DNA of 63,786 bases. Origin: an uncultured Candidatus Bathyarchaeia archaeon (lineage in GTDB: Archaea > Thermoproteota > Bathyarchaeia > 40CM-2-53-6 > RBG-13-38-9). Within the stretch, counting starts at the first letter, position 1. Every line of letters begins with the position of its first letter. The notes beneath the pieces were generated by a model, which worked only from the letters and a program-made list of their open reading frames with translations, did not search any database and was not told the DNA's origin. A program made the translations under genes and the position numbers. Positions 61,508 through 63,786 of this stretch are shown one piece after another. Location of the stretch: the NCBI GenBank assembly GCA_964346435.1, contig CAYFUV010000010.1, positions 1 through 63,786 of the forward strand, in the 5' to 3' direction.

Positions 61508-63464
61508 AACCTTTGAATTAAAGAAAAAGATAATAGATAAACATATTGATAACATTTATCACCTGAACCCAAAAACTCTAATGCTCAGAGTAAAACCAGG
61601 GCCATTTTATATAATTCTCGAAGCGGAAAAGAGACTTCATCTAACGAAATATTCGTTAAAAACTCCATCTAAGCCTACTAATTTTTGCATGTTATTGAGA
61701 AAGCACTTGTCTAGAGGCAAGATTGTGGATATAAGCCAATACGAATTTGAGAGAATAGTAGAGTTTGCTATCGAATCGAAAGAGAGAAACTATAGATTAA
61801 TTGTTGAAGCCTTTAAGAGAGGGAATATCATTCTGGTAAACCAAGAAGGTAAAATCTCAGCAACCCTAAAACCGACTGTGATGAGGGATAGGAAAATTCT
61901 CCTCAGAGAAGAATTTAAGCCAGCGCCAAGCAAAAAGAAAAATCTAATAAAAGTTACCAGACAAGATTTGGAAAAACTGAAGGAATTTGAAGCAATTAGC
62001 CTTGAGCGAGCTATCACGAGTCAATTGGCCATTGACAGAATATATACGAGGGAATTGCTATTTCGAGCAAGATTGGAAGGAAGCATTAAAACGAATAAAA
62101 TAACAAATGGGCACATCGAAAATATTTTTCGAGCGATTGAAGAATTAAAAAATACGATTGAAAAAGGAACAGAAAAACCATCAATAATTTTTGATGGAGA
62201 AGGAAATCAGATAGATGTCGTTCCTTTTCCACTAAAAATTTATAATGGATTCAAAATACAGCAATTCGACTCCTTCAACGAAGCCGCGGATGAGTATTTT
62301 TCAAATATTTCACTTGATGAAGCAAAGATCTCATCAAAGGAAAAATTCTCTAATCGAACCGAAGAGCTCAAACGCATCTTGAATAGTCAGCTTAAGCAAC
62401 TAGATAATTTTCAAAAAGTTATTGAAATTAATCGAAATAAAGGAGAGTTAATTTATCTTCATCTAAATGAGATGGTATATCTTTCAGAGTTAATTCATTC
62501 TAAGAAACAGGACGGATGCGATTGGAAAGATATCGAATCAATGATTAAAAAAGTAGCTAAAAAAGGTAGGAAACCTGAGATCTACTTTCAAAAAATAAAT
62601 CCAGAAAGACTTGAATATACTCTGAAATTGGGAGATGTAGAGTTACAGATAGGTTTCAAGCATAAACCGCAGTATCTTGCTTCTCAATTTTATAAAAAAG
62701 CCAAGAAAACTGAAGAGAAACTCATTGGGTTAAAAAATTCTATAGAAAATATCCGTGAAAAGCTAAAAAAGGTGGAAGCTGAAGCTTATCACGAATTGAA
62801 TGAATTCCCTGATCTTGTGAAGAGACGTGAAAAAGCTTGGTATGAGAAGTTCCGCTGGTTTGAATCCTCAGAAGATTTTTTGGTTCTATGTGGAAGAGAT
62901 GCCTCTAACAATGAATTATTGATTAAGAAATATACAGATACCCACGATATTGTCTTGCATGCTGAGGTTCATGGGGCACCTTTCGCAGTTATTAAAAGCC
63001 GTGGGGAAAAAGTAGGAAAAAAGACAATTGAAGAAGCAGCCAGCTTCGCGGCCTCCTATAGTAAAGCATGGGCACATGGTTTTTCATCTATCGATTTGTA
63101 TTGGATTAAACCTAATCAGATCAGCAAAAAGCCCCCCTCCGGCCAATATTTAGCGAAAGGTATGTTCATGATTAGAGGAGAGAGAAATTATATGAAGGGT
63201 ATTGGTTTAAGACTTGCTATTGGTGCGATGATGTTGGATGAGCAAAAAATAATTATATTAGCAGGCCCGCCCTCCGCCTTAAGAGATAGAGCATTAGCAT
63301 ATGTAGAAATATCTCCAGGAAAAACATCAAGTGGAAAATTGGCTAAAAAGATAAAGAAAATATTAATTTCAAAGGTTATTGAGGAATATCAAAAATTAAT
63401 TGAAAAAGCAGATTTAAATGAAATTCAAGGATTAATACCGACTGGAAAAGGAGATATTATTTGA
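61482..63464 (+). CDS. NFACT-family ribosome quality control protein (Rqc2/NEMF/FbpA homologue)
   Basis: NFACT-N start MLNFDIAAITFELKK..., coiled-coil middle, NFACT-R/DUF814 segment WFESSEDFLVLCGRDASNNELLIKKY...HAEVHGAPFAVIK. Start chosen at 61482 (the ORF begins at 61437). Confidence 0.85.
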   Translation: MLNFDIAAITFELKKKIIDKHIDNIYHLNPKTLMLRVKPGPFYIILEAEKRLHLTKYSLKTPSKPTNFCMLLRKHLSRGKIVDISQYEFERIVEFAIESKERNYRLIVEAFKRGNIILVNQEGKISATLKPTVMRDRKILLREEFKPAPSKKKNLIKVTRQDLEKLKEFEAISLERAITSQLAIDRIYTRELLFRARLEGSIKTNKITNGHIENIFRAIEELKNTIEKGTEKPSIIFDGEGNQIDVVPFPLKIYNGFKIQQFDSFNEAADEYFSNISLDEAKISSKEKFSNRTEELKRILNSQLKQLDNFQKVIEINRNKGELIYLHLNEMVYLSELIHSKKQDGCDWKDIESMIKKVAKKGRKPEIYFQKINPERLEYTLKLGDVELQIGFKHKPQYLASQFYKKAKKTEEKLIGLKNSIENIREKLKKVEAEAYHELNEFPDLVKRREKAWYEKFRWFESSEDFLVLCGRDASNNELLIKKYTDTHDIVLHAEVHGAPFAVIKSRGEKVGKKTIEEAASFAASYSKAWAHGFSSIDLYWIKPNQISKKPPSGQYLAKGMFMIRGERNYMKGIGLRLAIGAMMLDEQKIIILAGPPSALRDRALAYVEISPGKTSSGKLAKKIKKILISKVIEEYQKLIEKADLNEIQGLIPTGKGDII

Positions 63465-63541
63465 AAAAGTGAGCTATTAATTCCTTTATTTATCAATAAT
63501 CCGATTAACTTATTCAATTAATAAAAAACAATGTATTGAAA

Positions 63542-63786
63542 ATGGCTTACAGCAAAGTAAACATAATAGGATCAAAACTGGTTAAAGGAGATGGTTTCAT
63601 CGAGGCAGGGATCTCCATATCAAATGGCAAAATTAGTAAAATTGGAAAAGAGAACAACCTCCCTAAGGCTGATAAAACGATTCAGGCGAAAGGCCTATTG
63701 GCCCTTCCTGGCTTGATAGATGCACATGTCCATTTGAGAGATATGAAACTTTCTCATAAGGAAGATTTTTATTCAGGCACTTGCGC
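63542..63786 (+). CDS. pyrC: cyclic amidohydrolase, probably dihydroorotase; N-terminal fragment running off the window
   Basis: Not in the ORF track (no stop inside the window). [35 protein letters not shown]...[13 protein letters not shown] metal-binding HxH motif. Confidence 0.65.
   Translation, partial: MAYSKVNIIGSKLVKGDGFIEAGISISNGKISKIGKENNLPKADKTIQAKGLLALPGLIDAHVHLRDMKLSHKEDFYSGTC

Noticed and set aside
1-63786. CRISPR arrays, IS elements, rRNA genes, prophage or defence-system genes
   Set aside because: I saw no regularly spaced direct repeats, transposase, integrase, Cas or restriction-modification-like ORFs, and no rRNA-like GC-rich structured regions. The only long exact repeat is the 112-nt intragenic tract in the ATPase pair.

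Overview
AT-rich (mid-30s % GC by eye), densely coding archaeal chromosomal segment with about 70 protein genes on both strands and four tRNA genes. The informational genes are clearly archaeal: RtcB plus archease, TFE, MBF1, Trm56, NAC, aIF-1A, aIF-2beta, RIO1, a KH/Dim2-like protein, Topo VI A/B, RadA, class I LysRS, Sm and NFACT/Rqc2. Three of the four tRNAs only fold into cloverleaves after removing 2-3 insertions each. That makes 8 predicted introns, including D-arm, anticodon-stem and T-loop positions, a TACK/Thermoproteota-like trait; the lineage assignment is inference only. Metabolic genes include ADP-forming acetyl-CoA synthetase, Fe-ADH, ICDH, superoxide reductase, Liv-type and Opp-type ABC importers, and a corrinoid protein next to a frameshifted MtaA-like methyltransferase. 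The most striking feature is a compact bacterial-style operon of glucokinase, unsplit transketolase, transaldolase-PGI fusion, Gnd, Zwf and Pgl, with a convergent Rpe. Together with RpiA elsewhere in the window, this is a complete oxidative plus non-oxidative pentose phosphate pathway, which most archaea lack. Other signals are a recurrent GCGC-TA motif in the AT-rich spacers, several promoter-proximal palindromes and direct repeats, a 112-nt identical gene-conversion tract between two tandem orphan MalK-like ATPases, and a tail-anchored YqjD/ElaB-like gene trio. I saw no CRISPR array, IS element, integrase, rRNA or prophage signature. All calls come from reading the translations and sequence by eye; no database search was run.
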